Positions 28,846 to 37,581 of a DNA stretch of 64,000 nt are shown here, piece after piece. Each line of letters opens with the position of its first letter. Position 1 is the stretch's first letter. The notes beneath the pieces were generated by a model. The model was not told where the DNA came from. It did not search any database and saw only the letters and a program-made list of their open reading frames with translations. Source of the DNA: Clostridia bacterium (GTDB taxonomy: Bacteria > Bacillota > Clostridia > Oscillospirales > Acutalibacteraceae); NCBI GenBank assembly GCA_017631795.1, contig JAGBSO010000052.1, positions 6,132 through 70,131 of the forward strand, given 5' to 3'. Both the position numbers and the translations under genes were made by a program.

Positions 28846-30351
28846 TTATTCTTCGATGCTGATACCGCTGGTCTTTCTCTTTTCTGCAAGTTCAGCGATG
28901 ATATTTTCCTTTTCTTTACCTGCGATTTTGTAGAAGAACATGGGAATTGAGCAGAGAAGCAGGCTGATGCCGGGGATGATTGAAACGAGTGTGAACATCG
29001 CAAATCTGAGTTCGGGAGCCATTTCAGTTGCGGCAACAACAGCTGTTGATGAAAGCATTTCTTCGGGTTTGAGACCGATTACCATGTACATGATAACGAT
29101 ACCTGATGTTGCAAATGCATTACCGATTTTGTTGATGAAGCCCTGACATGCAGCACCCAGAGCGTTGTCACGGAAGCCTGTTTTGAGTTCCATGTAGTCA
29201 AGACAGTCGCAGATCATTGCGAAGCATACTGTGTTGATAACACCGAGAGGGATACATGAAATGATGATGAAGGGGATACATGCGTAAAGATTCATTGTGA
29301 ACCAGCCGACTACAGTTGTCACGATACTTGCAACAAAACCTGCAAGACATGAAACGATAACAAGCTTTTTGTAGTCAAACTTCTTCATAAGCTTGGGCAT
29401 GAAGAGTGTTGCGCCGAAAAGACCTACGATTGAGCTTATCTGGAAAACAGTCTTGACTGTTGAGATACTTGCTTCAACAGCGGCAATTCTTTCTGCTTCT
29501 GTAAGAAGTGTTGAAAGGTCGGGACCTATGTAGAATGAGTAACGTGCAACGTGGATTGCAGCTGCACCGATAAGATAACGTCCGCAGGAAAGAACACCCA
29601 TGAGAAGAACAAGCACAAGGGGTTTGCATGTGAAAATACGTTTGAGCTGAGAAGGTTCACCGGGCTGACGCACACGTGTGGGCATCTTCACTCTTTCTTT
29701 AACGCCAAAGCAGGAAACAGCATAAAGAATTGATCCGATACCGACTGTCACGATAGCCATGATGAGATATTTTCTCTTCTGGACAGTAAGAGCATCCATG
29801 GGTTCGGGAGATTTTTCAACGATTGCAGCCATGATAAGACCAACAACAAGGAAAAGAACTTCAGGAACTGCAGAGCCGATACTGTTGAAAATCTTGCTGA
29901 CGGAGATAACGGAGCTTCTTTCCTCCGAATCGGGAGTCATAACGTTGGGAAGACCCCAGAAAGAAACGTCACCGACGGTGTAAAGCATACCCCACGCAAC
30001 ATAAATGATTGCTGAATAGATCATCATCTGAGTTTTGTCGAGATTGGGACTCAGATACATGAGTATTGTCACAATTGCGACGGGGATGAGGGCAAAACGA
30101 ATGAACGGAATCATTTTTCCGCTTTTGAGATTGCTTCTGTCAACTATCATACCCATAAGAGGGTCATTGATAGCATCCCATACTCGTGCAAGAAGCATGA
30201 GAAGAAGAACAAACATCGGTGTAAGCTGCAGGACATTGAGATAATAGTCGCTGATGTAGCTTGACATGAGTGCATAGATCATACCCTGACCGAGACCTGC
30301 AATGCAGAATGCGGTCAGTTCGTTTTTCTGAACAAATTTTTTTCCGTTCAT
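28846..30351 (-). CDS. GPH-family (MelB/XynP-like) glycoside:cation symporter, MFS superfamily
   Basis: 501-aa protein with 12 TM helices. The N-terminus GLGQGMIYALMSSYISDYY...ARVWDAINDPLMG is typical of the GPH family. Confidence 0.85.
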   Translation of the reverse strand: MNGKKFVQKNELTAFCIAGLGQGMIYALMSSYISDYYLNVLQLTPMFVLLLMLLARVWDAINDPLMGMIVDRSNLKSGKMIPFIRFALIPVAIVTILMYLSPNLDKTQMMIYSAIIYVAWGMLYTVGDVSFWGLPNVMTPDSEERSSVISVSKIFNSIGSAVPEVLFLVVGLIMAAIVEKSPEPMDALTVQKRKYLIMAIVTVGIGSILYAVSCFGVKERVKMPTRVRQPGEPSQLKRIFTCKPLVLVLLMGVLSCGRYLIGAAAIHVARYSFYIGPDLSTLLTEAERIAAVEASISTVKTVFQISSIVGLFGATLFMPKLMKKFDYKKLVIVSCLAGFVASIVTTVVGWFTMNLYACIPFIIISCIPLGVINTVCFAMICDCLDYMELKTGFRDNALGAACQGFINKIGNAFATSGIVIMYMVIGLKPEEMLSSTAVVAATEMAPELRFAMFTLVSIIPGISLLLCSIPMFFYKIAGKEKENIIAELAEKRKTSGISIEE

Positions 30352-30423
30352 GGTCTACCTCCGGAATTTTATAATATAGAATATAATAACATACATTTTT
30401 TTGTTTTTCAATCGATTTTTTAT

Positions 30424-30497
30424 AAACAATAATTTATCGCTTCGCTCTATTCATTTTCAACTTTCAATTTTCAATTTTCCACTACAATAATTTAAAA
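30424..30497 (-). repeat. Type-B element, internally deleted copy (B3)
   Basis: AAACAATAATTTATCGCTTCGCTCTATTCATTTTCAACTTTCAATTTTCAATTTTCCACTACAATAATTTA. This equals the reverse complement of the left half of B1, joined to the right terminus at the GAGCGAAGC repeat. Confidence 0.8.
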
Positions 30498-31027
30498 TCC
30501 AGATAAACTTCCCCTGTTTCGATGTTTTTCCACTCGAATTTTTCATTTTCGTATATGACATAGCTGTGTGGGCTGTTTTCTTTCGGGATTGAAACAGAGC
30601 CTGTATTCATATAAGTATATTTTTCGTGTCTGTTGATTTTCGGCACATGAGTATGACCGCAGAAGAGAATGTCACCGTCAGCCAGAGGCGGTAAGTTTTC
30701 TTCGTTGTATTTGTGACCGTGTGTTGCATAAATCAGCTTGTCACCGAGTGCAATAACGGCATAATCCGCAAGCACGGGGAAATCCAGCACCATCTGGTCA
30801 ACTTCCGTGTCGCAATTGCCTCTTACGCAGAAAAGTCTGTCTTTCAGCGGGTTGAGCATTGCAATAACTTCTTTCGGTGCATAATCTTTCGGCAGGTCAT
30901 TTCTCGGTCCGTGATAGAGAATATCACCCAGAAGAAGAATTCTGTCTGCTTTTTCTTTTTCAAAGGCTTCAAGGAGCTTTCTGCAATAAAAAGCCGAGCC
31001 GTGAATATCTGATGCAATAAGCAGTTT
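30482..31027 (-). CDS. YfcE/MJ0936-family metallophosphoesterase
   Basis: I trimmed the ORF to MKLLIASDIHGS. The motifs are DIHG, GDILYHGPRN, GNCD and GHTH. Confidence 0.85.
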   Translation of the reverse strand, partial: KLLIASDIHGSAFYCRKLLEAFEKEKADRILLLGDILYHGPRNDLPKDYAPKEVIAMLNPLKDRLFCVRGNCDTEVDQMVLDFPVLADYAVIALGDKLIYATHGHKYNEENLPPLADGDILFCGHTHVPKINRHEKYTYMNTGSVSIPKENSPHSYVIYENEKFEWKNIETGEVYLDFKLL

Positions 31028-31155
31028 CATGTTATCATTCCTTGTTTTTTCTATGATTGTAACATATCTGCTCATCAAGGTCAAATAATAATTTATCTCT
31101 TGCATTTTGTTTTTTTATATCGTACAATGAAAAAAAACGCAAAGGAATGATTTTT

Positions 31156-33015
31156 ATGAAAATGAGAATGCCTGCAATACCTCTTATTACGGTTGACCCG
31201 TATTTTTCGGTATGGACAGATAATATAAATGACCACACCCCCTATCATTGGACAGGAAGTGACAATACAATTGTCGGCACAGTCAATGTTGACGGAAATG
31301 TTTACCGTTTTCTCGGTGACAGTGAAGATGACAAACTGAAAGTTGTGTCTCTTGATGCCGATACATTTTCAACAACAGTTGTCTATGAAGGTGCAGGAAT
31401 CAGACTCACTGCAAAATTCACTTCTCCCATGCTTGTCACAGACCTTTATTATGCGTCAAGACCTGTTTCTTATCTGAAACTTTCTTACGAAGCAACTGAC
31501 GGTAAGGAGCATCTTGTTTCTGCTAAAATTTCTGTAAGTGAAGAGCTTGTGCTCAACAAAGCAGGAGAGGGCAGAGCATGGTCAGAAAGTGTTGATACTG
31601 ATGAGCTCACATGGGTCAGAATGGGTAAAGGCAATCAGAAAGTGCTCTGGAGAAGCGGTGACGATGTGCGCATAGACTGGGGTTATTTCTACCTTGCAGT
31701 CAAAGGTGAAGCACAGACAGGCAACGAAGTGCTTGAAGAAGACCTTTATGCTGTTTTCGCAGAAACTGAGCTTGATAACGAAAAGCTTTTCCTTTTTGCT
31801 TATGACGATATCGAAAGCATGGTATATTTCGGTGAGCATCTGAAAGCATACTGGAATAATGACGGTAAAACAATCGAAGAAGCAATCCTTGAAGCTGCGG
31901 AAGATTATGACAGACTGGTGGCAGAATGTGAAGAATTCTCTCAGAAGCTTGTTGCGGAAGCAACTGAAAAAGGCGGAGAGAAATATGCCGAAATGCTTCA
32001 GCTTGCATACCGTCAGGTCATGGCTGCACACAAACTTGTTGTTGATAAAGAGGGTAATAATCTTTACATTTCAAAGGAATGTTTCTCAAACGGCTGTGCA
32101 GCAACAGTAGACGTTACATATCCCAGTGCTCCCATGTATCTTCTTTATAACACAGAGCTTCTCAAAGGTATGCTCAGACCTGTTTTCCGTTATGCTGCAA
32201 CAGAAGAATGGCAGTTTGACTTCGCACCTCACGATGTCGGTCAGTATCCGCTTGTAAACGGTCAGGTTTACGGTCAGAATAAGCTTAAATATCAGATGCC
32301 CGTTGAAGAATGCGGAAATATGATTGTGCTCGTTTCTGCAATCTGCGAAAAAGATAACGACTATTCATTTGCAGCAGAAAACATGGAAGTCCTTGATAAG
32401 TGGAGCAGATATCTTGTCAAATACGGCAAAGACCCCGAAAATCAGCTCTGTACAGACGACTTTGCAGGACATCTTTCTCATAACTGCAACCTTTCACTCA
32501 AAGCAATCATGGGGATGACAGGTTTTGCAAGAATCCTCAATCATTTCGGCAGAAATGAAGAAGCTGATGAGCTTTTCGCAAAGGCTAAGGAATATGCAGA
32601 CTCATTTATCGCAAATGCAAAAAATGCAGACGGCAGCTATCGTCTTGCTTATGACAGAGAAGGCACATTCAGCCTTAAATATAACTCAGTGTGGGATAAA
32701 ATCTGGAAAACTGAGCTTCTGCCTGACAGTTTCTATAAGGGTGAAATCGAGAGATACAAAAAAGAGGCACTGCCTTACGGTGTACCCCTTGATACAAGAG
32801 AAAAATATACAAAGTCCGACTGGCTTATCTGGGCTGCCTGTCTTGCAGATAACAAGGAAGATTTTGAATTCTTCGCAGAGCTTCTCTGGAATGCGTACAA
32901 TACAATGCGTACAAGAGTGCCCATGACAGACTGGTATTATGCAGATACATCAGAAATGGTCGGCTTCAGACACAGAACCGTTCAGGGCGGACTGTTTATT
33001 AAATTAATGATGTAA
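31156..33015 (+). CDS. DUF4965/DUF1793 glutaminase-A-like putative glycoside hydrolase
   Basis: The N-terminus PAIPLITVDPYFSVW and the overall size are typical of this family. The start is ambiguous among 31147, 31156 and 31162. Confidence 0.6.
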   Translation: MKMRMPAIPLITVDPYFSVWTDNINDHTPYHWTGSDNTIVGTVNVDGNVYRFLGDSEDDKLKVVSLDADTFSTTVVYEGAGIRLTAKFTSPMLVTDLYYASRPVSYLKLSYEATDGKEHLVSAKISVSEELVLNKAGEGRAWSESVDTDELTWVRMGKGNQKVLWRSGDDVRIDWGYFYLAVKGEAQTGNEVLEEDLYAVFAETELDNEKLFLFAYDDIESMVYFGEHLKAYWNNDGKTIEEAILEAAEDYDRLVAECEEFSQKLVAEATEKGGEKYAEMLQLAYRQVMAAHKLVVDKEGNNLYISKECFSNGCAATVDVTYPSAPMYLLYNTELLKGMLRPVFRYAATEEWQFDFAPHDVGQYPLVNGQVYGQNKLKYQMPVEECGNMIVLVSAICEKDNDYSFAAENMEVLDKWSRYLVKYGKDPENQLCTDDFAGHLSHNCNLSLKAIMGMTGFARILNHFGRNEEADELFAKAKEYADSFIANAKNADGSYRLAYDREGTFSLKYNSVWDKIWKTELLPDSFYKGEIERYKKEALPYGVPLDTREKYTKSDWLIWAACLADNKEDFEFFAELLWNAYNTMRTRVPMTDWYYADTSEMVGFRHRTVQGGLFIKLMM

Positions 33016-33211
33016 ACAATAATTTAGCGGAATGTTTGAAGAAATTAAAATCGAGCCAGTAGGGGCGATGTCCTCATCGCCCGGCACGAATGTGCATTTT
33101 TCGTAGGAAAATTTAACGGCATAGCCGTTATTGTTCGCTTTGCTCACAATCGGGCGGTGAGGACACCGCCCCTACATGAACATATCAGATTATTCGCTAA
33201 ATCATTGTTTA
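33014..33211 (+). repeat. Type-A miniature inverted-repeat element, copy A2 (REPIN-like core 33059-33175)
   Basis: The termini are AAACAATAATTTAGCGG and CGCTAAATCATTGTTTA. The core arms are GTAGGGGCGATGTCCTCATCGCCCG and CGGGCGGTGAGGACACCGCCCCTAC. Confidence 0.9.
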
Positions 33212-33213
33212 AC

Positions 33214-33247
33214 AAAAATGCCGTCGGTTTTCCGACGGCATTTTTTG
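33214..33247. terminator. Bidirectional rho-independent terminator
   Basis: TGCCGTCGG-TTTT-CCGACGGCA hairpin flanked by A5 and T6. Confidence 0.8.
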
Positions 33248-33256
33248 TTGTATTGA

Positions 33257-33550
33257 TTATTTGTCTTCTTTTTCTTTCCTGGGTTTTGAAGTCATGTTGT
33301 TAAGAAGTGAAACAATAAGAATGATAACACCTGTAACACCGAAAATACCGAGCATACCCATGCCCATAACTTCAAGAACGTTAAGAATGCTGTCAGGATC
33401 GGGAGAAGTGATTTTGTTTGCGAAATCAACAGCACCCTGTGCAAAATCTGTGAAGAAAGTTCCGATGAATCCGCCTGCTTCTGCTGAAACTTCGGATACG
33501 ATTTCTGTGCTGATTTCTTCAGCAGATGTGATAACTGAATTGATATCCAT
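33257..33550 (-). CDS. Small membrane protein, OadG-like motif with C-terminal TM anchor
   Basis: 97-aa ORF with an acidic N-terminal half and a C-terminal helix VMGMGMLGIFGVTGVIILIV. It lies immediately downstream of the decarboxylase beta-subunit gene. Confidence 0.45.
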   Translation of the reverse strand: MDINSVITSAEEISTEIVSEVSAEAGGFIGTFFTDFAQGAVDFANKITSPDPDSILNVLEVMGMGMLGIFGVTGVIILIVSLLNNMTSKPRKEKEDK

Positions 33551-33564
33551 TGTCTGTAACCTCC

Positions 33565-34668
33565 TTAACCCTGAACAAATGCAAGAATCAGACCGCCTGC
33601 GATAACTGATGCAACCTGACCTGAAACGTTAACACCAACAGCCTGCATAAGAAGGAAGTTTGTCTTGTCTTCTTCAAGGCCCATCTTGTTAACAACACGT
33701 GATGCCATGGGGAATGCAGAGATACCTGCAGCACCGATCATGGGGTTGATTTTGTTGCCTTCCTTAAGGAAGAGGTTCATGAATTTAGCGAGCATAACAC
33801 CGCCGAATGTATCGAATACGAATGCAACAAGACCGAGAAGCATGATGATGATTGTTTCAACCTGAAGGAATTCAGCAGCTGTCATTCTTGATGCGATTGT
33901 GATGCCGAGGAAGATTGTGATAAGGTTTGCAAGAACTTTCTGAGCTGTTTCTGAAAGAGAATTGAGAACACCGCATTCTCTGATAAGGTTACCGAACATA
34001 AGGAAACCGATAAGAGCAACTGCATCGGGAGCTACAAGACCAACAAGAACTGTAACGATGATGGGGAAGAGAATCTTTGTAGTCTTTGAAACCTTCTTGT
34101 TTGTGTTCTTCATTTTGATAAGACGCTCTTTCTTTGTTGTGCAGAGCTTGATGATGGGAGGCTGAACAATGGGTACGAGAGCCATATATGAATATGCTGC
34201 AACCATGATAGCCGCTGTGTAGCTTGAATTGAGTGTCTGAGCAACGAAAATTGATGTGGGGCCGTCTGCAGCACCGATGATAGCAACAGATGCAGCATCA
34301 TAGATGTCGAAGCCGAGAAGTGTTGCAAGGAACATTGTGAAGAAAATACCGAACTGTGCAGCAGCACCGAAAAGCATAAGCTTCGGATTTGTAAGCAGCG
34401 GTTCAAAGTCGATCATTGCACCGATACCGATGAAAAGAACAAGGGGCATGAGCTCGTGGCTGTTGATACCGATTTCAAAAATGTGATCGATAACTGCCTG
34501 AGCACCTGAGAAGGGCAGGTTTACAAGAATTGCACCAAAGCCCATGGGGAGAAGAAGTGAGGGTTCCATATCTTTCTTGATTGCAAGATAAATAAGGAGA
34601 CCGCCGATTGCCCACATGATGATGTGACCGATCTGAACACCCATGATGGTTTGTAAGAGAATGTTCAT
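33565..34668 (-). CDS. Na+-translocating decarboxylase beta subunit (OadB/GcdB/MmdB family)
   Basis: 367-aa polytopic membrane protein containing IGGLLIYLAIKKDMEPSLLLPMGFGAILVNLP and IGAADGPT, both conserved in this family. Confidence 0.88.
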   Translation of the reverse strand: MNILLQTIMGVQIGHIIMWAIGGLLIYLAIKKDMEPSLLLPMGFGAILVNLPFSGAQAVIDHIFEIGINSHELMPLVLFIGIGAMIDFEPLLTNPKLMLFGAAAQFGIFFTMFLATLLGFDIYDAASVAIIGAADGPTSIFVAQTLNSSYTAAIMVAAYSYMALVPIVQPPIIKLCTTKKERLIKMKNTNKKVSKTTKILFPIIVTVLVGLVAPDAVALIGFLMFGNLIRECGVLNSLSETAQKVLANLITIFLGITIASRMTAAEFLQVETIIIMLLGLVAFVFDTFGGVMLAKFMNLFLKEGNKINPMIGAAGISAFPMASRVVNKMGLEEDKTNFLLMQAVGVNVSGQVASVIAGGLILAFVQG

Positions 34669-34807
34669 ATGTTACCTCCGTAAAATAAAAATGTCCTGAA
34701 TATTCTATCATAAATAAAATAAAATTTCATCAGTTTATTACAAAAAAACTAATATTTATGCAGATTATCCTATTATGAATATTTTTTTGACTTATTATTT
34801 GTCTGTA

Positions 34808-35914
34808 TTATTTGAATGCAAGTGAGTTATTCAGGAGAATTGTGCTGTAAATGAATAATACATCGCAGTTTTCTGCATTTATGAAAGAGCCGAGCATCTG
34901 AGAGCTGACGTATCTTATGTCAACAAGTGTGATTTTTTTGTAACCCTGCACAAGGAGCGGTGCCAGACTTCCTGAGAAAGAATCTCTGAAAATTATCAGT
35001 TCTTTTTCTGTTTGAGCATCGGGATTTTCGATAGTCAGCAGAGCAACAGTACCTTCCGTAAACATTTCATAAGGGTCTTTGCCGAAAGCCTTTTCCATGT
35101 TGTAAATACTCTTTTTTTCGGGTTTTCCCGTGTCATAGCTTGTAACGATGCAGTTGTCAAGCACATCGTTTGTCAGATATTTTATTGTGTCAGCCCTGAA
35201 AGGAAGTGCTGCCTGACCGTAATAAACACCGTAAAAGGGATTTTCAAGGGTGTTTACTTTGTATTCCGCTTTTACATCAACACCCATACATTCACCGATA
35301 TACTCTGCCACATCGGTAATGTTTTCCTGTTTCCAGTGTGTGTCCGTGGTGTAATAATCATCAGAAGAAAGCTTGTCAAAGATGTCGATATATGTCATAT
35401 ATGATGTTTTTTCTTTCATATACGAAACGAGATTTTCATAATCAAGGGAAAGATAACCGTTTTTCTCTGCAAGAAAATAGTTCTTGTCGGGAACAATTGA
35501 AAAATATACATCAGCATTTTTGTCTTCAAGATATTTTTCATAAATGAAGCTGAATTTGTCGGCGGCATTGTCAAGCATTGAGATATTCAGCGGATATTCA
35601 AGCTTTGAAAGATGACCGTCAGCAGAGTAGATATCGTTGTTGTCCTTTTTGACAAAAATATATTTTTCGCTCAGAGCCTTGATACTGCGGAAAAAGTCAC
35701 GCATGGGGAAACGTTCAACGCTGTAATCTTCAAAATCAGCCATGAATTCGGCAGAGAGTATATTTTCCCATGTGATTTCGGGAAATGATGCAAGCACACG
35801 TCTTTCCGAGTCTGAATAATCATCACCGGGTTTTGCAATGCACCATACAGAGAGTGTCAGGAGCATGACTGCAGACAAAACAGTCAGCACAATGCTTTTG
35901 ATTTTATCATTCAT
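34808..35914 (-). CDS. DHHW/AlgJ-AlgX-like SGNH protein (extracytoplasmic O-acyltransferase partner)
   Basis: It has an N-terminal TM anchor and the TDTHW motif. It lies immediately downstream of the MBOAT gene. Confidence 0.7.
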   Translation of the reverse strand: MNDKIKSIVLTVLSAVMLLTLSVWCIAKPGDDYSDSERRVLASFPEITWENILSAEFMADFEDYSVERFPMRDFFRSIKALSEKYIFVKKDNNDIYSADGHLSKLEYPLNISMLDNAADKFSFIYEKYLEDKNADVYFSIVPDKNYFLAEKNGYLSLDYENLVSYMKEKTSYMTYIDIFDKLSSDDYYTTDTHWKQENITDVAEYIGECMGVDVKAEYKVNTLENPFYGVYYGQAALPFRADTIKYLTNDVLDNCIVTSYDTGKPEKKSIYNMEKAFGKDPYEMFTEGTVALLTIENPDAQTEKELIIFRDSFSGSLAPLLVQGYKKITLVDIRYVSSQMLGSFINAENCDVLFIYSTILLNNSLAFK

Positions 35915-35929
35915 ACCGTGTCACCCTCC

Positions 35930-37330
35930 TTAAAATCTGAAATAAAGGAACGGATTGAAAGAACCGTCCACGAGATAAGCCGTAATCAGGATAAAAAGAC
36001 CTATGCAAACTACAGGCTCAATAATATTGATGACTTTATTGCCCATGGTCTTTTCTCTGATTTTTTCAATGATTTTCTTCGGCAGGGGAGTTGCACCGAT
36101 AAGAGCAAATATTATCACGGGAAGATAACTTCTCAGATAATATACAAATTCTGCTGATGATACGGGAACACCTGCAAAACCGAACATTCCCGACAGATCA
36201 GAAACTGCACCGCCCATACCGTCTGCATTGAAAATTACAAAACTGATAATTACAAGGAACATTACATAAATATGAGAAATGACCTTTGATTTTTTCAGTT
36301 TTTCAAGAAGGAAAGACTTTTCAATCAGCAGCAGTATTGCGAAGTAAAGTCCCCACACGGGGAAGTTCCATTCCGCACCGTGCCAGAAGCCTGTCAGCAG
36401 CCACACAACAAGAATGTTGAAAAACTGTCTCGGTTTTGAACACCTGTTTCCGCCAAGAGGAATATAAACATAATCTCTGAACCATGAACCCAGTGAAATA
36501 TGCCATCTTCTCCAGAATTCTGTCACACTCTTTGAAATATAGGGATAGTTGAAGTTTTCCATGAACTCAAAGCCCATGATTTTTCCGAGACCGATTGCCA
36601 TATCACTGTAGCCTGAGAAGTCAAAATAGATGTGAAGAGTGAATGCCACTGCATACAGCCAGAAAAACAAAACTGATTTGTCTTCGGATGCACGGAAAAT
36701 ATCGCAGAGTTCACCCAATGCGTTTGCAATGAGTATTTTTTTTGAAAGACCGAGAATAAAGCGTCTTATTCCGTCTGATGTTTTGCTGAAAGAATGTGTT
36801 CTGTTTTCAAGCTGAAGTGCCACATCGGAATAACGCACAATCGGACCTGCAATAAGTTGCGGGAAAAGAGAAATATACGCCGCAAGAGTTATCGGGTTTT
36901 TCTGTGCAGGTGTGTCACCGCGGTAAACATCAATGGTATAGCTCAGAAGCTGGAATGTGTAGAATGAAATTCCTATGGGCAGAGCAATTCTCAGCAGGGA
37001 TACGGAAAGACCCGTAACGGCATTGAAATTGCTTATAAAGAAGTCTGCGTATTTGAAATACCCGAGAGCACCTACGCTGAAAATTACGGATATTGCAAGA
37101 AAAATCTTTGAGGCAGTTTTTTCTCTGAATTTTTCAATCAGCAGACCGAGAATATATCCGATTGTGATTGACACCGCCATCAGAATGACATATTTAGGCT
37201 CACCCCAGGCATAGAAAAACAGGCTGGAGAGAAGAATTACTGCATTCCTGAGCTTTTTCGGCGCAATGAAATAAAGCAGAAGCACCGCAGGAAGAAAGTA
37301 GTATAAGAAAGGAATGCTTGAAAAAAGCAA
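35930..37330 (-). CDS. MBOAT-family O-acyltransferase (AlgI/DltB-like)
   Basis: 466-aa polytopic protein with the motifs FWRRWHISL and FWHG. It has a TTG start with GGAGGTG upstream. Confidence 0.88.
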   Translation of the reverse strand: MLFSSIPFLYYFLPAVLLLYFIAPKKLRNAVILLSSLFFYAWGEPKYVILMAVSITIGYILGLLIEKFREKTASKIFLAISVIFSVGALGYFKYADFFISNFNAVTGLSVSLLRIALPIGISFYTFQLLSYTIDVYRGDTPAQKNPITLAAYISLFPQLIAGPIVRYSDVALQLENRTHSFSKTSDGIRRFILGLSKKILIANALGELCDIFRASEDKSVLFFWLYAVAFTLHIYFDFSGYSDMAIGLGKIMGFEFMENFNYPYISKSVTEFWRRWHISLGSWFRDYVYIPLGGNRCSKPRQFFNILVVWLLTGFWHGAEWNFPVWGLYFAILLLIEKSFLLEKLKKSKVISHIYVMFLVIISFVIFNADGMGGAVSDLSGMFGFAGVPVSSAEFVYYLRSYLPVIIFALIGATPLPKKIIEKIREKTMGNKVINIIEPVVCIGLFILITAYLVDGSFNPFLYFRF

Positions 37331-37345
37331 AGAAACACCTCCGAT

Positions 37346-37510
37346 AACAATAATTTTGAGGAGCTAAATTATTGTAGTGGCAAATTGAAAATTGAAAATT
37401 GAAAGTTGAAAATGTATAGAGCGAAGCAGAATCAAGTGCGAAGCACTTCCGAAACTTTCCATTTTCCATTCTCAACTTTCCATTTGAGCGAAGCGATAAA
37501 TTATTGTTTA
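37346..37510 (+). repeat. Type-B miniature inverted-repeat element, full copy B1
   Basis: The left terminus AACAATAATTTTGAGGAGCTAAATTATTGTA forms a small hairpin. It is followed by TTGAAAA-type tandem repeats, a central GAAGCACTTC region, and an imperfect mirror arm. The right terminus is GCGATAAATTATTGTTTA. Confidence 0.88.
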
Positions 37511-37581
37511 TTGTTCCCTAAAGAAAAAATCATAATCCACCCTAAGATGAATTATGATTTTTATTAATTCAAATTATGCAA

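Noticed and set aside
30352-30481. The A/T-rich region between the GPH symporter start and the YfcE stop as a regulatory RNA.
   Set aside because: Most of it is explained by the truncated type-B element B3. The remainder looks like an ordinary promoter or leader with no conserved structure that I can see.
37380-37415. TTGAAAATTGAAAATTGAAAGTTGAAAA tandem repeats as a possible CRISPR array or microsatellite.
   Set aside because: The repeat unit is only 6-7 nt with no spacers. It is an internal arm of the type-B palindromic element, and no cas genes are present.
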